Assembly (NCBI GenBank): GCA_044227985.1
Contig: JBGAVT010000002.1
Coordinates: 19,452 to 83,451 of the forward strand
Length of the DNA stretch: 64,000 nucleotides
Origin: Candidatus Saccharimonadales bacterium
GTDB lineage: Bacteria; Patescibacteriota; Saccharimonadia; Saccharimonadales; JAGPDM01
Direction of reading: 5' to 3'
Shown here: in pieces, positions 43,426 to 52,294 of the stretch
Numbering within the stretch: position 1 is the stretch's first letter
Layout: the number at the start of each line of letters is the position of its first letter
The notes under the pieces: model-generated
The model's database searches: none
Seen by the model: the letters and a program-made list of their open reading frames with translations, nothing else
Told to the model about the DNA's origin: nothing
Position numbers and translations under genes: made by a program

Positions 43426-43845
43426 ATGGCTGACGAAGCACCTAAGACAGAAGACAAAAAAGAAATCCCTAAGAAGTTTGCAAAACTAGTGAAAGAAATT
43501 GAAGAACTTTCAGTTCTTGATCTTTCTGAGCTCGTGAGTGTGCTTGAAGATCACTTCGGCGTAAGTGCTGCTGCACCTGCAATGGCAATGGTCGCAGGTC
43601 CAGCTGGTGATGCTGCCGCTGATGAAGATGAACAAACTGAGTTTGACGTTATCCTCAAAGATGCTGGAAGTCAAAAAGTTGCAGTGATCAAGGCTGTTAA
43701 AGAACTAACAGGTCTTGGTCTCGGCGAAGCTAAAGCTATGGTCGAAGGCGCACCTAAGACTGTAAAAGAAAAGCAGAACAAAGATGATGCTGCTGAAGCT
43801 AAAAAAGCTCTAGAAGCTGCTGGCGCAACTGTCGAGCTAGCTTAG
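43426..43845 (+). CDS. rplL: 50S ribosomal protein L7/L12
   Basis: The N-terminal dimerisation helix is followed by an Ala/Pro hinge. The C-terminal domain reads [43 protein letters not shown]. Confidence 0.95.
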   Translation: MADEAPKTEDKKEIPKKFAKLVKEIEELSVLDLSELVSVLEDHFGVSAAAPAMAMVAGPAGDAAADEDEQTEFDVILKDAGSQKVAVIKAVKELTGLGLGEAKAMVEGAPKTVKEKQNKDDAAEAKKALEAAGATVELA

Positions 43846-43868
43846 TTCATCAGTTTTATAATCTCAAA

Positions 43869-43904
43869 ATAGACTCTTTCATAATGAAAGGGTCTATTTT
43901 TTTT
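43869..43904 (+). terminator. rho-independent terminator after rplL
   Basis: 13-bp stem (one C-G... G-U-type imperfection) ATAGACTCTTTCA / TGAAAGGGTCTAT followed by TTTTTTT. Confidence 0.8.
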
Positions 43905-44169
43905 GGGTTGATGGCCTCGAGCAACATAATTATTCTGGGAGCTCCAAGACTTTCTAGATTGAAGAGGCACCAGAATCGTAAATCTTGTGTTTTCTAGAAG
44001 TATTTACCAGGATCAACGCTCTCATCTAATAAATACGAACGCATTGATTTATTATAGCTATATACTTGTTCGGCACTAATTGGGTCTGGCATCGATGATT
44101 TATCTACGACCTCATCATGAGTAATTTAGTCTAAGCATATATAAACTATAGTAAGGAATAATAAACTTG

Positions 44170-44679
44170 TTACAAAGCAGCTTCGATGGCTGCCCATTCG
44201 GCTTCTGGATCTTCTTCAGGCACAACAACGCTAACCTGATCACCAAGCTCGAGCTTGAAGTACGTCACACTAGCCAGCAGTACACTATAGTTGGTACTAC
44301 CAACTTCGACATAGAACTGTCCTTCTTTTTGCTTGAGAACACCGACAAGTGTTTTGCGTGGAACAGGTCCAATTTGCTTGTAGAGAAATGAGCCATCATC
44401 TTGGATGGTTAGCTTCAAGACGTCACCTTGGACGAGTTTAGACTTTGAAGCGTAATTAGCTGGCACGGGGTAGTTCTTGCCATCAGGTCCGAGCATACTT
44501 CTACCTTCGAATACACCTTCTAATACCTTACCTCTAACTTCTTGAGGTTTAACACCATCAAATTGATCATCTTCTCCGACCAAACTGATTAATAGTTCTT
44601 TTGCCGCGGCAAGACTTGTTTCAGCCTCGTCTATTAACGATCGCAGGCGCTTTATTTGCTTATCTGCTAATTCTGCCAT
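44170..44679 (-). CDS. hypothetical protein (coiled-coil N-terminus plus two beta-rich segments)
   Basis: 169 aa, acidic. Contains NYPVPANYASKSKLVQGDVLKL and YFKLELGDQVSVVVPE. No family recognised. Confidence 0.5.
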   Translation of the reverse strand: MAELADKQIKRLRSLIDEAETSLAAAKELLISLVGEDDQFDGVKPQEVRGKVLEGVFEGRSMLGPDGKNYPVPANYASKSKLVQGDVLKLTIQDDGSFLYKQIGPVPRKTLVGVLKQKEGQFYVEVGSTNYSVLLASVTYFKLELGDQVSVVVPEEDPEAEWAAIEAAL

Positions 44680-44832
44680 GTCACATACCTAGTTCTTTGT
44701 TTTATTAGTAATAACTAATGAACTCTAGCAGTCTTCAAGACTTTTGTCAATTTGCGCAATATTTAAGTAGAAGCGTCTCAAGCGAAAAGCTATGGAACTT
44801 GCTATACTAGCGTACAAGAAGAGGAGTATCTA

Positions 44833-46323
44833 ATGGCGCTTTATCAGAAGTACCGTTCAAAAAATTTGGACACTATAATCGGGCAACAACATATCACCGA
44901 CGTCTTAAAAGCCGCTATTAAACGACAGCAAGTTTCTCATGCTTATCTTTTTACTGGCCCGCGAGGAGTCGGCAAAACTAGTATTGCTCGAATTGTTGCA
45001 CACGAGATAAATGGACTAAAGTACTCTGGGAATGCACCTGAGGATATCGACATAATAGAAATTGACGCTGCTAGTCATGGTAGCGTTGACGATATTCGTG
45101 ATATGCGAGAAAAGGCATATATAACTCCAGCAATTTCAAAATATAAAGTTTATATCATCGATGAAGTTCACATGCTTAGTTCTGCGGCATTTAATGCTCT
45201 ACTTAAAATTATCGAAGAGCCACCTGAGCATTTAGTATTTATACTCGCTACCACAGAGGCTCATAAAGTTCCGGATACAATTATCTCAAGAACACAGCGC
45301 TTTTCATTTCGTGAGATTCCAGTTTCATTATTAAAATCTCATATTCTTGAAATTGCCAAGAAAGAGAGCATTTCAATTGATGATGAGGCTGCTGAGCTAC
45401 TAGCAGAGCGAGCTCGTGGTAGTGCTAGAGATGCTTTGTCGGTCTTTGAACAAGTTGCTGATAGCGGAGAAAAGGTTGACGCTAATAATGTTTTACAGAC
45501 ACTCGGACTAGCCAGTAAACAATTGCTGGGGCAACTAACTAAAAATATACTCAGTGGAGATGTGGCAGCAGCGTTATCTATCTATAATCAAGCAATCACT
45601 CAAGGCGCGCAAGCTGAGCTATTAGCTGAGCAAATTGCGCGCTACTGGCTCAATCATAATATCGCAGCCAAGCAGGATAGAATCTCTCTTGAGATAATCA
45701 AAGCTGTTCTTGAAGCAAGTAATTCAGCTAATACAGAACTATTATTAGAAGTTTTGTTAGTTCAGGCAGCTCAGCAGTTCAACGGAACGACGGAAAAAAT
45801 AGTCAAGAATATTGAAATCGAAAAGGTGCAATCTAAAAAAGAAACAAAACACCTTACAGCTGAGATCTCAATACAAGAAAAATCAGAGATATCTCCACCA
45901 GTTCCCAAGCCTGAGGAAGTAGCTAAACCTCGGCCAGCCGAGAACAAAGCTGCTATTGCGCCAGATAAACCAAAAGAAACGATCAAAACTAGTCTAGTCG
46001 ACAAGAATCTTTGGATTAAGATTATCGGGGTTGTTAAAAAGAACTACAAACCACTTAGCGCGGTCTTGGGTTTGGCAGAGTTTGAATATGATAAAAAAGA
46101 AAATCTCGTTAAGCTTGGTTTTAGCTATTCATTTAATCGCCGGCAAGTAGAGAGCAGTTCTAACCAACAAAAATTACTAGATATTTTGCGTAGTGAAATC
46201 GACAGTGACGTACGATTAGAGATTATTGAAATAGACAAGGCTTTGCCTGAAGCTCCTTTAATTCAAGATAAGGTTCTTGATATGCTTGGTGGTGAGCCGA
46301 TGCAACTAGAGGCTAGAGTTTAG
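44833..46323 (+). CDS. dnaX: DNA polymerase III gamma/tau subunit
   Basis: YRSKNLDTIIGQQHI, FTGPRGVGKTSIARI, YIIDEVHMLS, NALLKIIEEPP and the SRTQRF sensor block are present. Confidence 0.92.
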   Translation: MALYQKYRSKNLDTIIGQQHITDVLKAAIKRQQVSHAYLFTGPRGVGKTSIARIVAHEINGLKYSGNAPEDIDIIEIDAASHGSVDDIRDMREKAYITPAISKYKVYIIDEVHMLSSAAFNALLKIIEEPPEHLVFILATTEAHKVPDTIISRTQRFSFREIPVSLLKSHILEIAKKESISIDDEAAELLAERARGSARDALSVFEQVADSGEKVDANNVLQTLGLASKQLLGQLTKNILSGDVAAALSIYNQAITQGAQAELLAEQIARYWLNHNIAAKQDRISLEIIKAVLEASNSANTELLLEVLLVQAAQQFNGTTEKIVKNIEIEKVQSKKETKHLTAEISIQEKSEISPPVPKPEEVAKPRPAENKAAIAPDKPKETIKTSLVDKNLWIKIIGVVKKNYKPLSAVLGLAEFEYDKKENLVKLGFSYSFNRRQVESSSNQQKLLDILRSEIDSDVRLEIIEIDKALPEAPLIQDKVLDMLGGEPMQLEARV

Positions 46324-46325
46324 TT

Positions 46326-47678
46326 ATGGCAAATAATAAAATAATAATTCCACCACAAAATCTCGAAGCTGAACGATCTCTTCTCGGTTCAGTTCTGCTC
46401 GACAGCGAAAGCTTACTTCGAATTGCCGATATTGTTTCTAAAGAAGATTTTTATGAACGACGCCACCAATTCATCTTTTCAGCAATCAGTCATCTTTATG
46501 AAAAACACCGTGCTATTGATGTGCTTACCGTCAGCAATCGGCTTCGAGATGAGCAGCTACTTGAAGAAATCGGTGGCGCTAGTTACCTAACAGAACTTGT
46601 GAATGGTGTTCCGACGGCTACTCATATAGTGCAATATGCTGAGATTGTCGGGCATAAAGGTAGCTTGCGACGGCTACTCGGTGCTGCCGAGGAAATTACT
46701 ACACTTGGACATGACGAGATGACTCCAATTCAAGAAATTCTTGACCAAGCAGAGCAGAGCCTGTTTGCTGTTTCGCAAAAAAGTCTTAAGCAAGACGTGA
46801 CAGCACTCGAAGATATTTTAGCTGACAGTTTTGAACGACTAGATATACTACACAAAAACAAAGGACAATTACGAGGCGTACCAACTGGCTTCAACGACTT
46901 GGATGGAAAGCTGGCTGGACTGCAAGCCTCTGATCTTATAATTCTAGCAGCACGTCCTGCTATGGGGAAAACAAGCTTAGCTCTGAATATCGCGCAACAC
47001 GTCGGAACCAAAGTTAAAAAGCCTGTTTTGATTTTCTCTCTCGAAATGAGCAAAGAGCAACTCGTTGATCGTTTTCTAGCTTCTGAATCTGGGATAAATT
47101 CGTGGAATCTTAGAACTGGTAACCTGACAGATGAGGACTTCGAGCGACTAGGTCATGCAATGGGGACATTGGGTGAAGCACCTATATTGATTGATGATAC
47201 AGCCGGAATAAATAGTCTAGAAATGCGTACCAAAGCTCGACGAGAGAATCAGAAACAAGAATTGGGCTTGATTGTCGTAGATTACTTGCAGCTAATGAGC
47301 GGTAGTGGAAAGAGTGGAGATAATCGGGTCCAGGAAATATCTGAAATAAGCCGTGGACTCAAATTACTCGGTCGCGAGCTCAATGTCCCCGTCTTGGCGT
47401 TATCTCAGTTATCTCGTAGTGTTGAATCTCGCAGTCCACAGATACCCCAACTTTCAGACTTACGCGAATCAGGATCAATTGAGCAGGATGCTGATGTAGT
47501 ACTTTTCATATACCGTGAGGAATACTACCATCCTGAGACCGAACGACAGGGAATTGCCGATATCCTGATACAAAAACATCGAAACGGCGAAACTGGAAGG
47601 GTAGAGTTATACTTTGACGGACCTCGTACTCAATTCAAGAACCTAGACAAAAAACATAATACTGAGGATTTTTCATGA
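46326..47678 (+). CDS. dnaB: replicative DNA helicase DnaB
   Basis: PPQNLEAERSLLGSVLLD is the N-terminal motif. Walker A ARPAMGKTSLALN, VVDYLQLM and the SQLSR.VE blocks are present. Confidence 0.95.
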   Translation: MANNKIIIPPQNLEAERSLLGSVLLDSESLLRIADIVSKEDFYERRHQFIFSAISHLYEKHRAIDVLTVSNRLRDEQLLEEIGGASYLTELVNGVPTATHIVQYAEIVGHKGSLRRLLGAAEEITTLGHDEMTPIQEILDQAEQSLFAVSQKSLKQDVTALEDILADSFERLDILHKNKGQLRGVPTGFNDLDGKLAGLQASDLIILAARPAMGKTSLALNIAQHVGTKVKKPVLIFSLEMSKEQLVDRFLASESGINSWNLRTGNLTDEDFERLGHAMGTLGEAPILIDDTAGINSLEMRTKARRENQKQELGLIVVDYLQLMSGSGKSGDNRVQEISEISRGLKLLGRELNVPVLALSQLSRSVESRSPQIPQLSDLRESGSIEQDADVVLFIYREEYYHPETERQGIADILIQKHRNGETGRVELYFDGPRTQFKNLDKKHNTEDFS

Positions 47679-48892
47679 ACAATAGATGGCGAAACCTAAA
47701 GCTTTTTTTACGAAGCCATGTCAGCGGCATTACCGCGCTAACTTTCACTTTATTAGCCAACGGATACATGTTCTGGAACATTCCAAATGGACTAAGTGAT
47801 AGTGAATTTGCAACGCTACGCGCTGCAGAAAGTCTTGAGCCAGATCAAGCCGCGAATTTTATTTACTACGGACTGGTCAATATTTCGACAGTTTTATTTG
47901 GACAAAATGCTCTAGCCGTTAGACTGCCGAGTATCTTGCTTGGTATTTCGGCAGTTTTGCTATTCTGGCAAGTGATTAGGAGCAGTCTCAATGCACAAGT
48001 TGGCAACTGGATGTTAATCATGGTGGCGACTTCTGGTTGGTTGTTACATGCTAGTCGCCTTGGTACACCGTTGATAACCTATTTTTTCTGGACAGCTGCG
48101 CTTCTATATATCGCTATGAGGATCATTCAGAATAGAGAAGAATGGCTGTGGTATGTACTGGCGGGCATTGTTCTTGGTTTGACGCTATATACACCGGGCA
48201 CGATATATATCGTGCTTCCATTACTTGTAGTGGGAATATATCTTATGCATAAAAATCATTGGAAGATTAACCAACAGGCCAGTACGCTAGGTTTCATTGC
48301 TTTTATTGCCGTAGCAAGTCTTTTCATAGCTAGTCTTTTCGTAAACTTTTCCCAGTGGAAGTCATTTTTACTTATTCCAGAAGTATTCAATATAACGGCA
48401 GCTAGTTTTTATACAAATGTCGGAAACTTATTGCAAGCAATTTTCTGGAACAACAACGTTGGTTTTGAATTTGGCCTGCCTAACGTAGCCCTATTCAGTC
48501 TTCCAGAAATGGCTCTCGGTATTTTAGGTGGTTTGATAATTATCATGCATATGCCTAGCATCCGTTCGGTTATAACTATTTGGTACGGTATTTTGGTGTT
48601 GCTGGTTTTTGGAATTTTTGGACTTCCGCCATCATTATATATTTTGTCGTTAATTGGAGCATATGTAGCTGTTGCTATCGGACTTTCGACACTTCAGGAG
48701 CGATGGAAGATTATCTTTCCCCATAACCCTGCAGCTAGGACTTTTGGAAGAGGGGTATTGTTGGGGTTGAGCACTCTTGTTGCATTATTTCACCTATATA
48801 ATTACTTTGGAATATGGGCTCAACTTCCAGCCACACATGACGAATTCAAAACTATTGAGCAACACGAAAGAACTGCTACACTAGATAAGTAA
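47675..48892 (+). CDS. polytopic membrane protein, GT39/GT83-like (ArnT/PMT-type) glycosyltransferase candidate
   Basis: About 10 TM helices. AVRLPSILLGISAVLLFWQV resembles the ArnT/PMT family loop. Assignment is tentative. Confidence 0.45.
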   Translation: MNNRWRNLKLFLRSHVSGITALTFTLLANGYMFWNIPNGLSDSEFATLRAAESLEPDQAANFIYYGLVNISTVLFGQNALAVRLPSILLGISAVLLFWQVIRSSLNAQVGNWMLIMVATSGWLLHASRLGTPLITYFFWTAALLYIAMRIIQNREEWLWYVLAGIVLGLTLYTPGTIYIVLPLLVVGIYLMHKNHWKINQQASTLGFIAFIAVASLFIASLFVNFSQWKSFLLIPEVFNITAASFYTNVGNLLQAIFWNNNVGFEFGLPNVALFSLPEMALGILGGLIIIMHMPSIRSVITIWYGILVLLVFGIFGLPPSLYILSLIGAYVAVAIGLSTLQERWKIIFPHNPAARTFGRGVLLGLSTLVALFHLYNYFGIWAQLPATHDEFKTIEQHERTATLDK

Positions 48893-48911
48893 ATAAAGGA
48901 GAATATAGATT

Positions 48912-49199
48912 ATGATGGATCAAGCTAAAGCAATGTTGAAGATGAAGAAGCTACAAAAAGAATTAGCTTCGACGATAATCGAAGCTGATGCTGGCGATGG
49001 CGCAGTAGTCATTCGTATCAACGGTGAGCAAAAACTGAAGGGTGTTTCGATCGATCCAACCGCAATTGACCTCGAAGACATTGAAGAACTTGAAAACTGG
49101 GTGAGTGAAGCATTCAAGAAAGCTGTTGAAGAAAGTCAACGTTTGGCGCAGGAAAAGATGAAACCGATGCTTGGAAGCCTCGGCAACCTCGGCATGTAG
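48912..49199 (+). CDS. ybaB: YbaB/EbfC nucleoid-associated protein
   Basis: 95 aa. KMKKLQKEL...GDGAVVIRINGEQKLKGVSIDP...EDIEELENWVSEAFKKA fits the family pattern. It lies upstream of recR. Confidence 0.85.
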   Translation: MMDQAKAMLKMKKLQKELASTIIEADAGDGAVVIRINGEQKLKGVSIDPTAIDLEDIEELENWVSEAFKKAVEESQRLAQEKMKPMLGSLGNLGM

Positions 49200-49206
49200 T
49201 TTTACG

Positions 49207-49812
49207 ATGTCATTACTGCCCGCCGCACTTGAAGATTTGATTGAAGCACTTGGCGCATTGCCAGGTGTTGGTCCTCGCACAGCCGAACGTTATGCACTTT
49301 ATCTACTCGAGCACAATAAACAGGCCACCAAGAAAATTTCTCGAGCAACCGATGATCTGCATGACCGGATTGCCTATTGTCCAAAGACATTTGCGCTGAT
49401 TGAATCAGACCAATCCATCTCACCGCTCTACGACAACCCCGAGCGAGACAAACAAATGATTGCCGTAGTTGAGGATGCCTTCGATGTCGTTGCACTTGAA
49501 AAGCTCGGAAGTTTTAATGGAACCTATCACGTATTAGGTGGACTACTTAATCCACTCGACAATATCGGACCAGACGAATTAACCATTATGCAGCTCTTGA
49601 ACCGGATCGAAGAAGATGAGGTAAAAGAAATAGTTCTGGCCACCAACGCCAGTGTAGAGGGAGAGAGTACCGCGCTTTACATCCAGAAACAGCTAACTGA
49701 TAGCGATATTGTCATCACACGCTTGGCTCGCGGACTACCAGTAGGTGTTGACCTCGACTACGCCGATATCGGCACACTGACTAGCGCCTTCCTCAACCGC
49801 ACCACTTTATAG
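49207..49812 (+). CDS. recR: recombination protein RecR (zinc-finger cysteines mostly lost)
   Basis: The ATG at 49207 is used. The HhH motif LIEALGALPGVGPRTAERYALYLL, the Toprim block (IAVVEDAFDVVALEK...GTYHVLGG) and the C-terminal RLARGLPVGVDLDYAD are present. The usual CxxC...CxxC region reads YCPKTFALIESDQSISPLYD. Confidence 0.85.
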   Translation: MSLLPAALEDLIEALGALPGVGPRTAERYALYLLEHNKQATKKISRATDDLHDRIAYCPKTFALIESDQSISPLYDNPERDKQMIAVVEDAFDVVALEKLGSFNGTYHVLGGLLNPLDNIGPDELTIMQLLNRIEEDEVKEIVLATNASVEGESTALYIQKQLTDSDIVITRLARGLPVGVDLDYADIGTLTSAFLNRTTL

Positions 49813-49816
49813 CACC

Positions 49817-50530
49817 TCAACTTGCTAAGCTAGGGTTTCTTGCTATCTCTTCAACCAATGTTGATCGTTGAACCACAAGAGCTCTATAATCCACACCCCC
49901 GCTCGTCACGTCAGCCGTTAGTGTATCTTCTTCGAACCCTTCCCTGAATCTATCGACAGCAGAGAATAACGAATTCTCTTGAGGCGTGGGCCTACGATCA
50001 GTAATCAATCCATCTTCCACGTGCTCTTCACCCCCACCGAAGGCCGTCAGTCTACGACCAATAATCTTTGGAATCTCCGCGCGTACTGGGCAATTTCTAC
50101 GATCCATCAGTCCATTGAACAGCTCAGTAGAGGTTGCAATTCTTAATGTCGCAATCGATAACTTTCTCATTTCATCGAGAGAAGGCCTCTCAGTTCTATA
50201 AAATGAGTAATCGCCAGGACCAAATTCTACCTGTATAGCATCAGCTTTAAGTATTTTTCCTACTCGATCTGGTTGTTTTGAACAAAGACTATCCCTAATT
50301 TTCGAAAATCTCGACCGTTTGCCTAAATCAACGACTTCTCTTGCAACTACAGCAGTTATCGATATGGGGAATTGTACTTGATCGATTTCGCTACCAGCAT
50401 TCTGTAAGACGGTTATTCCACTAGCATCAAGTTGAGAAATCATATCGTCCGGCAAAGGATTTTGCATGTCGACAATCGCCCTATCATCCCTAGGATGTAA
50501 AAATTCGATGTCCAATAGTCCATGAGCCAT
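49817..50530 (-). CDS. hypothetical protein, locally G+C-enriched gene
   Basis: 237 aa with no motif recognised. Hand counts of three 60-nt lines give roughly 42-57% G+C. Confidence 0.45.
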   Translation of the reverse strand: MAHGLLDIEFLHPRDDRAIVDMQNPLPDDMISQLDASGITVLQNAGSEIDQVQFPISITAVVAREVVDLGKRSRFSKIRDSLCSKQPDRVGKILKADAIQVEFGPGDYSFYRTERPSLDEMRKLSIATLRIATSTELFNGLMDRRNCPVRAEIPKIIGRRLTAFGGGEEHVEDGLITDRRPTPQENSLFSAVDRFREGFEEDTLTADVTSGGVDYRALVVQRSTLVEEIARNPSLAS

Positions 50531-50673
50531 GTTGCTATCCTATGAATTAATATAGGTTGAGAATATTCTCTCCATAACTATTTGTCAATTACACAATTGT
50601 GTATCTTTAATTTTACGAAATATATTTGTTTCTGCATGGTTTTTAAATAAATTACTATAGTATAATAAGTGGT

Positions 50674-51222
50674 ATGAAAGTAATTATTCTCCACGGAGCA
50701 AATGGAAATCCTCACGAGAATTGGTTTATGTGGCTCAAAAGTGAACTTGAAAAACACAGCATTGAATCTATCGTGCCAAGACTACCCATCGATGAAACAC
50801 AGAGCTATGCAAGCTGGGGCGCAATTGTTGACCCAATTGTGGAAAACGGCGACGTAATCATTGGCCACAGTCTCGGTGGGTTATTTTGGCTAAATTATTT
50901 AAAATGCACCAACAAGAACCTCCGAGCAACCCATCTTATAGCTACCCCCAACCCACTTCTTGATGAATTCAACCCAGGAAATGACAGTATTTTTAAAAAC
51001 AAAATATTATCGTTCAGCCAGAAGGAAAAATTAAAAGCCGGGGAAGTCGTAGTATACGAATCCAACAACGATCCATACATTCCGGAGGGTATAGGAAAAG
51101 ACATTTCAAAATTGCTTAACGGAGAATACATCCATATTCCAAACTCGGGACATTTCAACGAGTATTTTGGTTACGATACTTTTCCTGATTTATTAAAAAG
51201 TATCACAAAACACTTAACATAA
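50674..51222 (+). CDS. alpha/beta serine hydrolase of the YdeN/RBBP9 type
   Basis: 182 aa. MKVIILHGANGNPHENWFMWL, the nucleophile elbow IIGHSLGG, and C-terminal NNDPYIP and SGHF are present. Confidence 0.6.
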   Translation: MKVIILHGANGNPHENWFMWLKSELEKHSIESIVPRLPIDETQSYASWGAIVDPIVENGDVIIGHSLGGLFWLNYLKCTNKNLRATHLIATPNPLLDEFNPGNDSIFKNKILSFSQKEKLKAGEVVVYESNNDPYIPEGIGKDISKLLNGEYIHIPNSGHFNEYFGYDTFPDLLKSITKHLT

Positions 51223-51259
51223 ACGTAGCGACCTCTTGTTCTTGTGATATGATTAACTG

Positions 51260-52294
51260 ATGAATATGGAGAAAATCAAACAAGAAGCCGATCAATTGTT
51301 AGCTATTGTTAAAGACTCGCGCAACATCACGGTTATCCAGGCCGAAAACCCTGATGCAGATAGTCTTGGTACCGCATTGGCTCTCGAGAATATTTTCACT
51401 GACCTCGGCAAAGAAGTTGCACTTTTCTGTGCCGTCGACATGCCACAGCACATGCATCACATTGTTGGCTGGGAGCGAATCGAAAAAAAGATCCCGAATA
51501 AGACCGACTTATTAATCTTAGTTGATAATTCATCAAGCTCACCGATGGAGAAGGCAATTGTACATATTAACGAAACATTCGCTGGCAGTTGGCCAAAATT
51601 CGTAATCATTGACCACCACGACACCGTTGATGTGATACCAAACACGACTCTTCACATTAACCACAAAAAATCAGTCGCCACAAGCGAAGTTTTATATCAC
51701 TTAGCAAAAGCAAATGATTGGCCAATTAGCCCAGAAACTGCAAAGGTTATGGCTATTAGTATCCTAAGCGACTCTCTTGGATTAACTAGTATCAAAACCA
51801 CTGCTGGTACCTATCGAATCATGGCTGATTTGGTCGAAAACCACGAGTTAAATGTTTCCCAGCTTGATCATGAACGCAAACAGTCTATGGGTAAAACAGT
51901 CGAGATAGTTAATTACAAAGCCAAGCTTTTGCAGCGTGTTGAATACTTCTTCGATAACACTTTGGCAATTATCAATATTCCCTATGATGAAATTAAGCAA
52001 TTTAGCGACAAATATAATCCAAGTGTATTGGTCACAGAGGAGCTACGATTTGCATCACCAGTTGAGATGATTATAGCTTTGAAAGAATACCCAGACCGTA
52101 TCACAGGCGCTCTCAGAAGTGACAAGGTACAGGTCTGCAATCGCATCGCTGAAAGTTTTGGTGGTGGAGGACATCCGTTTGCTGCCGGATTTAAAACTCG
52201 TGACTGGAATCGTGCTGATTTACAAAAAGAAATTCTCAAACTATTTATCGAAAAAAAAGCCGAAAAACAAAAGGAAGAAGATGAAGCTATTTAA
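51260..52294 (+). CDS. nrnA: DHH/DHHA1 phosphoesterase (NrnA-like oligoribonuclease/pAp phosphatase)
   Basis: DADSLGTALAL, VIIDHHDT and the DHHA1 motif GGGGHPFAAG are present. Confidence 0.75.
   Translation: MNMEKIKQEADQLLAIVKDSRNITVIQAENPDADSLGTALALENIFTDLGKEVALFCAVDMPQHMHHIVGWERIEKKIPNKTDLLILVDNSSSSPMEKAIVHINETFAGSWPKFVIIDHHDTVDVIPNTTLHINHKKSVATSEVLYHLAKANDWPISPETAKVMAISILSDSLGLTSIKTTAGTYRIMADLVENHELNVSQLDHERKQSMGKTVEIVNYKAKLLQRVEYFFDNTLAIINIPYDEIKQFSDKYNPSVLVTEELRFASPVEMIIALKEYPDRITGALRSDKVQVCNRIAESFGGGGHPFAAGFKTRDWNRADLQKEILKLFIEKKAEKQKEEDEAI

Noticed and set aside
44680-44832. SRP (4.5S/scRNA) gene upstream of dnaX, as in Bacillus.
   Set aside because: The conserved SRP domain IV motif (..GGUCAGGUCCGGAAGGAAGCAGCC..) is not present in this spacer.
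52119-52280. Upstream extension of cysS. The same applies to 7656-7757 for the TPR gene, 29634-29894 for the exported protein, 49171-49206 for recR and 20956-20985 for the oxidoreductase.
   Set aside because: The extensions overlap the preceding gene or lack homology. Internal ATGs with an RBS give the canonical N-termini.
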